Origin: a virus
Taxonomy: Duplodnaviria > Caudoviricetes
Direction: 5' to 3' (one strand)
Virus record (IMG/VR): IMGVR_UViG_3300044796_000401
Length of the DNA stretch: 64,000 nucleotides
Below, one piece after another: positions 8,170 to 15,447 of this stretch; within the stretch, counting starts at the first letter, position 1, and each line of letters starts with the position of its first letter. Both the position numbers and the translations under genes were made by a program. The notes beneath the pieces were generated by a model that was not told the DNA's origin, made no database searches, and saw nothing but the letters and a program-made list of their open reading frames with translations.

Positions 8170-8816
8170 TGCGCCGGGCACCTGAGGTTTCGTTGGAACT
8201 AACGAAAACCCATCTGGTTATTCGCATTCCGATCAAAGCTCAGCTTGTGCCTATTGCGGAGAAACTAAAAGATAGGGCGGGTTCGCCGCCCTATCTTCCT
8301 CCGCAAACTCTTAAAGTATTTGAAGGCGTGCGCAAAGGACTCCAAAACAAGGAAATCGCCTCAAATATGAACATCTCGGAACGAACTGTGAAATTTCATG
8401 TAACTGAGATTTTTCAGCGTCTTGGGATAACCGGACGAGCAGAAATTCTTAAACGATTCGGCTACTCACTGATGCTGTTGTTTGCTTTGTTTTTGATGCC
8501 GCTCCATGCTCAAGACAAAACGTCAAAGGTTTTTTCGATGTGGGTTGGGCACACGGTGATGCTTACTTGGACTGCCAGCACGAGTTCCGGTGTCACGAGC
8601 TACAACATCTACTCGTCGGCTTCGAGCGGCGGACCGTACACGATTCTGGGTTCAACGTCGGGCTGTTGCAGCTTTCAGGCTTTGAACTTGGTTGCTGGAA
8701 ACACCTATTACTTCGTGGCGACAGCCGTAGCACCGCCGTGCGTCGATGGACAGGACGTACCCTGCGGAGAGAGTATCTACTCTAACGAGGCGACGGCGAC
8801 GCTTCCGACGCCGTAG
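8169..8816 (+). CDS. LuxR-type HTH fused to a hydrophobic segment and an FN3-like domain
   Basis: GLQNKEIASNMNISERTVKFHVTEIFQRLG; LMLLFALFLMPLHA; VMLTWTAS...SYNIY...YYFVATAV. Confidence 0.75.
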   Translation: MRRAPEVSLELTKTHLVIRIPIKAQLVPIAEKLKDRAGSPPYLPPQTLKVFEGVRKGLQNKEIASNMNISERTVKFHVTEIFQRLGITGRAEILKRFGYSLMLLFALFLMPLHAQDKTSKVFSMWVGHTVMLTWTASTSSGVTSYNIYSSASSGGPYTILGSTSGCCSFQALNLVAGNTYYFVATAVAPPCVDGQDVPCGESIYSNEATATLPTP

Positions 8817-8847
8817 TTGAAAGGAGCGCGTGATGAAAAGGTATTTG

Positions 8848-9115
8848 CTGCCAGTTGCTGTTGACCGAAATCTTGCTTCGGGCAAAATTCTAGGGAATCA
8901 CTGTATAATTCCCACAAGATAAGAAAGGACTTACGATGAGAAGAGAAGGAAACAGCATTGTGTGGTCGCCAGAGATTGAAAGGCAAATGCTGAAAAACAT
9001 AGCGGATGAACGAAAATGCCCGTGCAATGGGAGTAAAAACTGCCCGGACTGCCAGTTGCTGTTGACCGAAATCTTGCTTCGGGCAAAATTCTAGGGAATC
9101 ACTATATAATTCCCA
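8848..9115 (+). repeat. 67-bp direct repeat pair (8848-8914, 9049-9115)
   Basis: One mismatch; each copy has a TTGACCGAA/TTCGGGCAA hairpin and GGGAAT...TATAATTCCC. Confidence 0.85.
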
Positions 9116-9138
9116 AAATTTATTAGTAAGGAAAAAAC

Positions 9139-9819
9139 ATGACTGAACGAACAGTTGAGCAAGCGAAGGCGGATTGCATCGCGGCATGGGCCGCGCACCC
9201 GGAGGCGACGCACGGCTGGTGTGTGCATCATGAGGTAGAGATGGAAGAACTAACCGAGCCGATTGAAAACCGAATCCGCTACATTGTAGAAAACAAAGCG
9301 GAAGAAGAAATCGTTACACGCTTGGATAATCTGCGCCCCGTGCTATCCAAAGTTCCCATATTGACACAGAAGGCCTATGATGAAGCCACCGCCCCGGCAT
9401 GGAAGGCCTACCGCGAAGCCACCGCCCCGGCATGGAAGGCCTACGACGAAGCCACCGCCACGGCACGGAAGGCCCACGACAAAACCATTGCCTCGGCATG
9501 GAAGGCCTATGACGAAGCCACCGCCCCGGCATGGAAGGCCTACGACGAAGCCACCGCCACGGCACGGAAGGCCCACGACAAAACCATTGCCTCGGCACAG
9601 AAGGCCTACGACGAAACCGCCGCCCCGGCATGGAAGGCCTACGACGAAGCCACCGCCCCGGCATGGAAGGCCTACCGCGAAGCCATCGCCCCGGCAGAGA
9701 AGGCCTATGGCAAAGCCATCGCCCCGGCACGGAAGGCCTACGGCGAAGCCATCGCCGCGGCGCACAAGCAGGATGTCCCGGACCACACGTGGGACGGAAA
9801 AACCATTTTCCCGAAATAA
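9139..9819 (+). CDS. Protein with twelve 11-aa tandem repeats (KAYDEATAPAW type)
   Basis: 33-nt periodicity about 9367-9765; AAGGA RBS. Confidence 0.85.
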   Translation: MTERTVEQAKADCIAAWAAHPEATHGWCVHHEVEMEELTEPIENRIRYIVENKAEEEIVTRLDNLRPVLSKVPILTQKAYDEATAPAWKAYREATAPAWKAYDEATATARKAHDKTIASAWKAYDEATAPAWKAYDEATATARKAHDKTIASAQKAYDETAAPAWKAYDEATAPAWKAYREAIAPAEKAYGKAIAPARKAYGEAIAAAHKQDVPDHTWDGKTIFPK

Positions 9820-9833
9820 AAGAGAGGCGTAGC

Positions 9834-10004
9834 ATGGACGAAAGCGAAAACGAACGCATAGACCTCGACGTGCAGGACGGGCAGCAGGTGCACCCGCTGG
9901 ACCGCTGCCATTGCGGCAAGGATTCCCACGAGGACGAATCCACCGCCTGGCTGGGGGTCAATAATCCCCAGCCCCAAAGGGCGGGGCTTGGTGAGTTCCA
10001 CTAA
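9834..10004 (+). CDS. Small hypothetical protein
   Basis: GAGG RBS, CHC motif. Confidence 0.5.
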   Translation: MDESENERIDLDVQDGQQVHPLDRCHCGKDSHEDESTAWLGVNNPQPQRAGLGEFH

Positions 10005-10669
10005 GCACATTGACATAAGTTAGCATATTTCGGCGACTTCTGCGAACGCAATGCGATTTACGTTAGCTGGGAACTTTTGGCCGATGCGAAACAGCTTGCT
10101 TCATTCGTGACCGCCGAACTCAACCGTGCGATCTTTACGTATGAGGAAAACGCGTTCATCAACGGCACCGAGCCCGACCGAGCCGATACCATCACCAATG
10201 AACGGATCGCATCGCTTCCCGCCGAAGTCCGGGAAGCCATCAGAGGAGGGAAGTAATGGCAAAAGAGACAGCGAAAAAGAACCACGGGGAGAGAAAAGAC
10301 CCCGGCATGGCGGACAAATTCCGGAACCTGCGCAGGGAGACGAACGCCCTCCGGCCGAAGCAGCGCTGGGTCGGCGAGCACGCCAACCTCGGCCAAGCCG
10401 CCGGGCACTGGGAGCGGTAGTTCGGGGGAACGGAATGATCGAACGATTTTTCAACTGGCTCAGAGCCGCGTTGACATCCGATATGCCACCGGAGCCGGGG
10501 GCCGATCCCAACCCGAATTGCATGGGGCACGGCGCGAACAACGTTCCCGGCTGCATCTGCCGCCTGCTTTACTACCGCCAGTGGTTGGGCCACGACTAGC
10601 GGAAACCCGTTGAAACCGCTGGTTTTAGCCCTGGCCTGATCTTTCTTGAAATATTTTCGACAATTCCCC

Positions 10670-10697
10670 TTGATTTTCCCGCTGTCCGGTGTATTAT
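10670..10697 (+). promoter_or_regulatory. sigma70-type promoter of tRNA array 2
   Basis: TTGATT (10670-10675), 16 nt, TATTAT (10692-10697). Confidence 0.65.
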
Positions 10698-10701
10698 GTA
10701 G

Positions 10702-10830
10702 GTGCACAGTATCGTGGTTAAGAACATGACCCTCAGGAAATCCAATTCGACGAGAGCCGCCCGAAAGCATCAGGGCGACGGCCAGCGGTGGAATACCGCG
10801 GCGGGTCTGTTCGATGGGTGGGACGAGTAA
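10702..10830 (+). CDS. Putative attenuator leader peptide 2 (42 aa from GTG 10702; 34 aa from ATG 10726)
   Basis: MTLRKSNSTRAARKHQGDGQRWNTAAGLFDGWDE; contains a codon for all ten anticodon types downstream. Confidence 0.72.
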   Translation: MHSIVVKNMTLRKSNSTRAARKHQGDGQRWNTAAGLFDGWDE

Positions 10831-10855
10831 GAAGAGTCCCAATCCAAAGAATTCC

Positions 10856-10895
10856 AAACCCGCCGACCGAGAAGGTTCGGCGGGTTTTTTGTTTT
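10856..10895 (+). terminator. Intrinsic terminator/attenuator upstream of tRNA array 2
   Basis: AAACCCGCCGACC / GGTTCGGCGGGTTT then TTTTTTGTTTT; 5' arm can instead pair with CGGCGGGT (10799-10806). Confidence 0.82.
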
Positions 10896-10969
10896 AGGGG
10901 AGTCGTCCAACGGTAGGACTCTGGTCTCCAAAACCAGGTATGGCGATTCAAATTCGTCCTCCCCTGCCA
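10896..10969 (+). tRNA. tRNA-Trp(CCA)
   Basis: AGGGGAG/CTCCCCT, CTGGT-CTCCAAA-ACCAG, CCA. Confidence 0.92.
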
Positions 10970-11010
10970 AAGTTTAAGCCGTGTCCGTGAGTTAGCCGGG
11001 CACGCAGGGT

Positions 11011-11086
11011 GTGGCCGTGGCAACTATTGGCATGTTGCACCTGTCTGTGGAACAGGGTCTTGTGGGTTCAATTCCCACCGGTCACC
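11011..11086 (+). tRNA. tRNA-His(GTG)
   Basis: GTGGCCG/CGGTCAC, CCTGT-CTGTGGA-ACAGG, C73; no encoded G-1 or CCA. Confidence 0.8.
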
Positions 11087-11131
11087 CTTTCGTGACTTCC
11101 TGAGTATTAAGTAGGGTGCTCAGGAGGGTTC

Positions 11132-11974
11132 ATGATGTTTTACACGGTGTACAAGACGGTTAATTTGCTGAACGGTGAGTACTACTTCGGGGTTCACAAG
11201 ACTGAGAATCCCAAGGATGTTTATCTCGGTTCCGGGACATACATCAAGCGAGCCGTTGCCAAGTGCGGGGAACAGAACTTCCGCAAGGAAGTGCTGTTCA
11301 CCTATCTCGATGCGAAGTCGGCGTTCGGTAAGGAGGACGAACTGATTCAAAGTTATCGCGGACGTGATTCGCTGTGTAAGAATCTGAGAAAGGGCGGTAG
11401 CGGTGGGTTTGATTGGATCAATGAGAAGGGATTAAACGGCACCAAAGTAGCTAGGGCGGCTGGGGTAGAAAAAAGACGGAGAGATACTTTTCGTAAACGA
11501 TGGGAGAATGATCCAGCGTTCAGGAAAAAGCTTTCGAAAAACGGACGAAGAGCCCTAAAATGTGTTTCCGATGAAACCAGAAAAAGGAATCTTCTTTTAG
11601 GCGCGAAAGCTTGGAAAGGACAACACCACACTAAAGAGTTTCGAGAACGAAAAAGCCAAGAACAACGCGGAATTAACAATTCCCAATTTGGCTGCCGATG
11701 GATGAGAAAGGAAGGGGTTGTACGGAAGGTTGCTCGAACTGAAGTTGAGAGGGCTTTAACTGAGGGATGGTTATTTGGAAAAGTCGCACCTAAAGTACGA
11801 CAAAAACAAACTAGAAAACCAACATTAAACGAGCAAGCCCCCAAAGGAACCCGTTGGTGTTCTAGTCACAAACAATTTTTGGATGTTCAATTGTTTCACG
11901 GGAAATATAAATATTGTAAGGCATGCCGAAGAACTCAAAGAATTATTCGGCGTCAGCGGTTAGGACATTGGTAA
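11132..11974 (+). CDS. GIY-YIG homing endonuclease
   Basis: YTVYKTVNLLNGEYYFGVHKT..YLGSG, NLRKGGSGG, NUMOD3-like WKGQHHTKE, C-terminal Zn ribbon. Confidence 0.88.
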   Translation: MMFYTVYKTVNLLNGEYYFGVHKTENPKDVYLGSGTYIKRAVAKCGEQNFRKEVLFTYLDAKSAFGKEDELIQSYRGRDSLCKNLRKGGSGGFDWINEKGLNGTKVARAAGVEKRRRDTFRKRWENDPAFRKKLSKNGRRALKCVSDETRKRNLLLGAKAWKGQHHTKEFRERKSQEQRGINNSQFGCRWMRKEGVVRKVARTEVERALTEGWLFGKVAPKVRQKQTRKPTLNEQAPKGTRWCSSHKQFLDVQLFHGKYKYCKACRRTQRIIRRQRLGHW

Positions 11975-11981
11975 AAGTTTT

Positions 11982-12058
11982 GCGCCCGTAGCTCAATGGA
12001 TCAGAGCGTTCGGCTACGAACCGAAAGGCTGCGAGTTCGAGTCCCGCCGGGCGCACCA
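11982..12058 (+). tRNA. tRNA-Arg(ACG)
   Basis: GCGCCCG/CGGGCGC, TTCGG-CTACGAA-CCGAA, CCA. Confidence 0.93.
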
Positions 12059-12079
12059 GATTTTTGAAGAATGGGTTTT

Positions 12080-12157
12080 GCGCCTGTAGCTCAGTTGGAG
12101 CAGAGCGTTCGCCTCCGAAGCGAAAGGTCGCGAGTTCGAGTCTCGCTAGGCGCACCA
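12080..12157 (+). tRNA. tRNA-Arg(CCG)
   Basis: GCGCCTG/TAGGCGC, TTCGC-CTCCGAA-GCGAA, CCA. Confidence 0.93.
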
Positions 12158-12167
12158 GATTTGAGTT

Positions 12168-12254
12168 CGGCCCTGTCGGCAACTGGACAGTCGGCTTCGC
12201 TACGAACGCCCAGCCCTTCGGGGAATGCAGGTTCGAGTCCTGTCACCCGTTCCA
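12168..12254 (+). pseudogene. tRNA-like element: class II-like 3' half, no matching 5' acceptor strand
   Basis: CCC-TTCG-GGG variable arm, GCAGG-TTCGAGT-CCTGT T arm, CACCCGT-T-CCA; no complementary 5' strand found upstream. Confidence 0.5.
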
Positions 12255-12258
12255 GTTT

Positions 12259-12334
12259 TGGGAAGTGGCGCAATTGGGAGCGCAGCGGGTTCTGAACCCG
12301 AAGGTTGTTGGTTCGAACCCAACCTTCCCAACCA
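12259..12334 (+). tRNA. tRNA-Gln(CTG)
   Basis: TGGGAAG/CTTCCCA, loop TTCTGAA, CCA. Confidence 0.88.
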
Positions 12335-12339
12335 AGTTT

Positions 12340-12414
12340 TGGGGTGTGGTCTAACGGTAAGGCACCGCACTGTTAATGCGGACGATGAAGGTTCGAGTCC
12401 TTCTGCCCCAGCCA
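12340..12414 (+). tRNA. tRNA-Asn(GTT)
   Basis: TGGGGTG/TGCCCCA, CCGCA-CTGTTAA-TGCGG, CCA. Confidence 0.9.
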
Positions 12415-12432
12415 AGTTTTGAAGGGAGACTG

Positions 12433-12579
12433 ATGGGAACAGCTATTGCGGTGATTGCGAGTTTTATCTTGGGCGCTGTCATGGACCACTTCTTGGAAGC
12501 GCGAAGCGCCAAGGCCGTAACGACGGCGATCAAGCATTTGGAAGATAGCGTTGTGGCGGAGATACGGAAGTTGCGGTAA
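12433..12579 (+). CDS. Small membrane protein inside tRNA array
   Basis: GGGAG RBS; MGTAIAVIASFILGAVMDHF... Confidence 0.55.
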   Translation: MGTAIAVIASFILGAVMDHFLEARSAKAVTTAIKHLEDSVVAEIRKLR

Positions 12580-12590
12580 AAAGTTTCAGT

Positions 12591-12665
12591 TCCCCGTTAG
12601 CTCAGTGGCAGAGCGTTCGGCTGTTAACCGAAGTGTCGGGAGTTCGAATCTCTCACGGGGAGCCA
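12591..12665 (+). tRNA. tRNA-Asn(GTT), second copy
   Basis: TCCCCGT/ACGGGGA, TTCGG-CTGTTAA-CCGAA, CCA. Confidence 0.93.
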
Positions 12666-12671
12666 AGATTT

Positions 12672-12746
12672 GGGTCTGTAATTCAGCGGCAGAAAACCTC
12701 GCCCTTAACGAGGGGGCCGAGAGTTCGAGTCTCTCCAGACCCACCA
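12672..12746 (+). tRNA. tRNA-Lys(CTT) with C33
   Basis: GGGTCTG/CAGACCC, CCTCG-CCCTTAA-CGAGG, CCA. Confidence 0.87.
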
Positions 12747-12747
12747 A

Positions 12748-13275
12748 ATGCAGACTCTTATTATGAATTCAGTATTAAGAGTCATGGAACAGGAAAAAGT
12801 ATGCTGCCGATGTAAGGCTCCTAAACCAGTTGACGCTTTTAACTGGAAAAATCGAGCTAAAGGAATTCGACAGAGTTTTTGTCGGACGTGTAAAAAGGAG
12901 TATCAAGGCACTTGGTATAAAAATCACAGAGACGAGCAACTAGCACGAATCCTAGCTAGAAAAACTCGTATTGTGAAAGAAAACCAAGATCGCATTTGGG
13001 TTTATTTGAAGGAACATCCATGCGTTGGCTGTCCTGAGAATGATCCGGTTGTTTTAGATTTTGACCATGTACGTGGGGCTAAAAGAGTGGAAATCTCTAC
13101 GATGTTAGCCCACGGATGTGCATGGAAAAGCATCTTGAAAGAGATAGCTAAATGCGAAGTTCGCTGTAGAAATTGCCATCATCGCCGACATGCGGTGGAA
13201 CTTGGCTCTTGGCGAGTAACGCAAGCTTCACAAGATTGCGCTCATAGCTCAACTGGGAGAGCAGGAGACTCTTAA
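12748..13275 (+). CDS. HNH homing endonuclease (start uncertain; ATG 12763 or 12784 also possible)
   Basis: CCRC..CRTC; HPCVGC...LDFDHVRG...CEVRCRNCH. Confidence 0.85.
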   Translation: MQTLIMNSVLRVMEQEKVCCRCKAPKPVDAFNWKNRAKGIRQSFCRTCKKEYQGTWYKNHRDEQLARILARKTRIVKENQDRIWVYLKEHPCVGCPENDPVVLDFDHVRGAKRVEISTMLAHGCAWKSILKEIAKCEVRCRNCHHRRHAVELGSWRVTQASQDCAHSSTGRAGDS

Positions 13276-13313
13276 TCTCAAGGTTGCAGGTTCGACCCCT
13301 GCTGGGCGCACCA
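13238..13313 (+). tRNA. tRNA-Lys(CTT), canonical
   Basis: GCGCTCA/TGGGCGC, loop CTCTTAA, CCA. Confidence 0.92.
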
Positions 13314-13362
13314 GATTAAACTGGAAGGACTTTTGAGTTCTTCTGGTAGAAGGGAAGTTGTT

Positions 13363-13941
13363 ATGGGAACTGACACACTAGTGCTTGACATGACGGGAAC
13401 CCCCATCGGGTTCGTCGGCTGGCAGAAAGCCGTGACCATGGTGTGGAAAGATCGTGCTATGGTCATGGATGAAGATTCGGAAAAAATTTTGAGGTCGCCT
13501 TCGTTCGAGATGGGCATGCCCACGGTCATCCGTGCGAGGAACTGGGTGCGCCGCCGTCGGAAGACCGCGGTCCCGTTCTCCCGCCGCAACGTTGCGGTCA
13601 GGGACAACAGCGAGTGCCAGTACTGCGGCAAGCTGCTTCACCTGCCGGAGTACACGCTGGATCACGTGGTCCCGAGGGTCCAGGGCGGATCGAGCAACTG
13701 GAAGAACCTCGTGCTGGCATGCATCAGGTGCAACAAGCACAAGTCCGGGAGCACCCCGGAACAGGCCGGAATGCGTTTGCGCAGGATGCCGTTTGAGCCG
13801 AAGCCGGACGACCCGAAGTACAACTTCAAGCTTCGGATCAAGAAGATGCATCCGAGTTGGCGGCCGTATGTGGACGGCGGCTGGCTGTATGCCGAGAAGG
13901 CCGCCTACGCGTATTGGAACGTGGAACTCTCGGAGAAATAG
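13363..13941 (+). CDS. HNH endonuclease (McrA/HNH_5-like)
   Basis: VLDM..P...WQKAV...PTVIR...PFSRRNVAVRDNSECQYCG...TLDHVVPRVQGG..WKNLVLAC..CN..K. Confidence 0.88.
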   Translation: MGTDTLVLDMTGTPIGFVGWQKAVTMVWKDRAMVMDEDSEKILRSPSFEMGMPTVIRARNWVRRRRKTAVPFSRRNVAVRDNSECQYCGKLLHLPEYTLDHVVPRVQGGSSNWKNLVLACIRCNKHKSGSTPEQAGMRLRRMPFEPKPDDPKYNFKLRIKKMHPSWRPYVDGGWLYAEKAAYAYWNVELSEK

Positions 13942-13944
13942 GTT

Positions 13945-14179
13945 CCACGGGAGATCGGCTCAACGGAAGGTCAGGATTGAGCCGGACCATCGTGGTCGCC
14001 GCCAGGCGATGCCGGTGGCAGGACGGGAGAGGGCGATGTGGAGGCCCTCTCCCGTACGGAATTCGGTCGGTAGCTACGGCTCCCGGCGATAGCCCGAGGC
14101 GCTTAGTACAGGCGTTCGGGCGGGGAAGCTCTCTTGTCCCCCATCCTGCGGTTGAGAGTCCGTGGCCACGGATCGCAGG
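13945..14179 (+). ncRNA. Unidentified highly structured RNA candidate inside tRNA array 2
   Basis: Perfect 12-bp stem 14023-14034/14044-14055, 7-bp stem 13957-13963/13977-13983, CCTGCG/CGCAGG 14145-14179. Confidence 0.45.
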
Positions 14180-14185
14180 AAGCAC

Positions 14186-14261
14186 GGCCCCATAGTTCAA
14201 ACGGACAGAACGCTAGTTTCCTAAACTTGAAATCCCGGTTCGAGTCCGGGTGGGGCCGCCA
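14186..14261 (+). tRNA. tRNA-Arg(CCT)
   Basis: GGCCCCA/TGGGGCC, loop TTCCTAA, CCA. Confidence 0.9.
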
Positions 14262-14280
14262 GATTTTGATTGAAGGATGT

Positions 14281-14355
14281 TGCTTTGTCGTCTAATCGGC
14301 AGGACACAGGTCTCTGGAACCTGTTATAATGGTTCGAGTCCATTCAAAGCAGCCA
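14281..14355 (+). tRNA. tRNA-Gln(CTG), second copy
   Basis: TGCTTTG/CAAAGCA, CAGGT-CTCTGGA-ACCTG, CCA. Confidence 0.9.
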
Positions 14356-14621
14356 ATTTTATGACGAAGGCGAAGTCGCTCAAACAAGTCGTTGCAACCG
14401 CCCGCAAGAACGGGAAGATGAGGATGTCGCAGGCGTATTTCGACCTGATGCTTGAGGGGATGCAGATGCCCGAAGAGCTCGGTAAAGCAGCGGTAGAGGC
14501 GGCAAAAAGGAAGAAGTGATGCAGGCTCTCGCACAACTCGGTGTCGCAACGGGATTCGTCGTGATCCTTGTCGGGTTGCTCTTTCTTCCCAACCTCAGAC
14601 GAAAACGTTGATCCCACCTCC

Positions 14622-14698
14622 GCTCCCGTCGTCCAATGGAATAAGGACGCTAGTCTTCTAAACTAGGAATATGGGTTCAAGTCCCATCGGGAGCCCCA
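14622..14698 (+). tRNA. tRNA-Arg(TCT)
   Basis: GCTCCCG/CGGGAGC, CTAGT-CTTCTAA-ACTAG, CCA. Confidence 0.92.
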
Positions 14699-14708
14699 AT
14701 CTTTCCGT

Positions 14709-14784
14709 GGGCTGCTAATTCAATTGGCTAGAAGCGCAGACCTTTAATCTGTTAATTTCGGTTCGAGTCCGGAGCGGCCCACCA
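14709..14784 (+). tRNA. tRNA-Lys(TTT) with C33
   Basis: GGGCTGC/GCGGCCC, GCAGA-CCTTTAA-TCTGT, CCA. Confidence 0.87.
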
Positions 14785-14884
14785 ATTCTTTATATTTAGA
14801 CTATCAACCATTCCATTGGGGCGTATAATGGTTACAACCGGGGTCTGAAACCCGACTTCCGCCGCCGTAAGTGGAGGCACTTCC

Positions 14885-15082
14885 ATGACTCAATTTATCG
14901 TTTGCACGATTTGCTTTGTGGCTGGCGGGATCGTCGGCGCGGGCGGCTGGGCGGCTTTCCAAGCGAAGGTCAAGTCCGACGCATCGGCCCTTTTGGCTTC
15001 CGCGAAGGCGGAAGTAACCAAGACCGCTCCGAGCCTCGCAGCCGTCGGCGCTTGGATCGACGCGGCCATCGCGAAATTGTAA
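14885..15082 (+). CDS. Small membrane protein
   Basis: GGAGG RBS, N-terminal hydrophobic helix. Confidence 0.65.
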   Translation: MTQFIVCTICFVAGGIVGAGGWAAFQAKVKSDASALLASAKAEVTKTAPSLAAVGAWIDAAIAKL

Positions 15083-15447
15083 ATCGGGGCTTGTTTGCCG
15101 GGGGCTGGCCGGAGCCAGCCCCCGATTTTATCCCCCGCCGGAAGTCCGTCTTTTTTCCTCCTCCGAGTATTATCCGGTATGTTCCAGCTTCCCGAATTGC
15201 CGCCCTGCCCCTACCACGCCGCCGAGCCCCCCGAGGAGCTTGCCGCCCACAAATGCTATGATTACCAGCCCAAGCGGTTCCACGAACTGATGGACGAGAC
15301 TCGGGAAGAGACGTTTTCGCAAGTGCCCGAGATCGTGCCCAAGATCATCGAGACGCCGGAGGGGGAAGAATGAAACCGTTTCCGCCCTCCCCCACGTCTA
15401 ACAACAAGATTGGTGAATACGGGTTTACTAGATAGCGAGGAACACAT

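Noticed and set aside
9367-9765. 33-nt tandem repeats as CRISPR or ncRNA
   Set aside because: No spacers; in-frame coding repeats with synonymous variation
10784-10800. T-box-like GGTGGAATACCGCG in leader 2
   Set aside because: Spacing differs from GGTGGNACCGCG and I see no Stem I/specifier loop; an open codon-matched ORF explains the region better
12195-12210. Amber suppressor (CTA) or tmRNA reading of the half-tRNA
   Set aside because: No 7-nt anticodon loop centred on CTA, no acceptor stem, no tmRNA tag ORF or Ala identity
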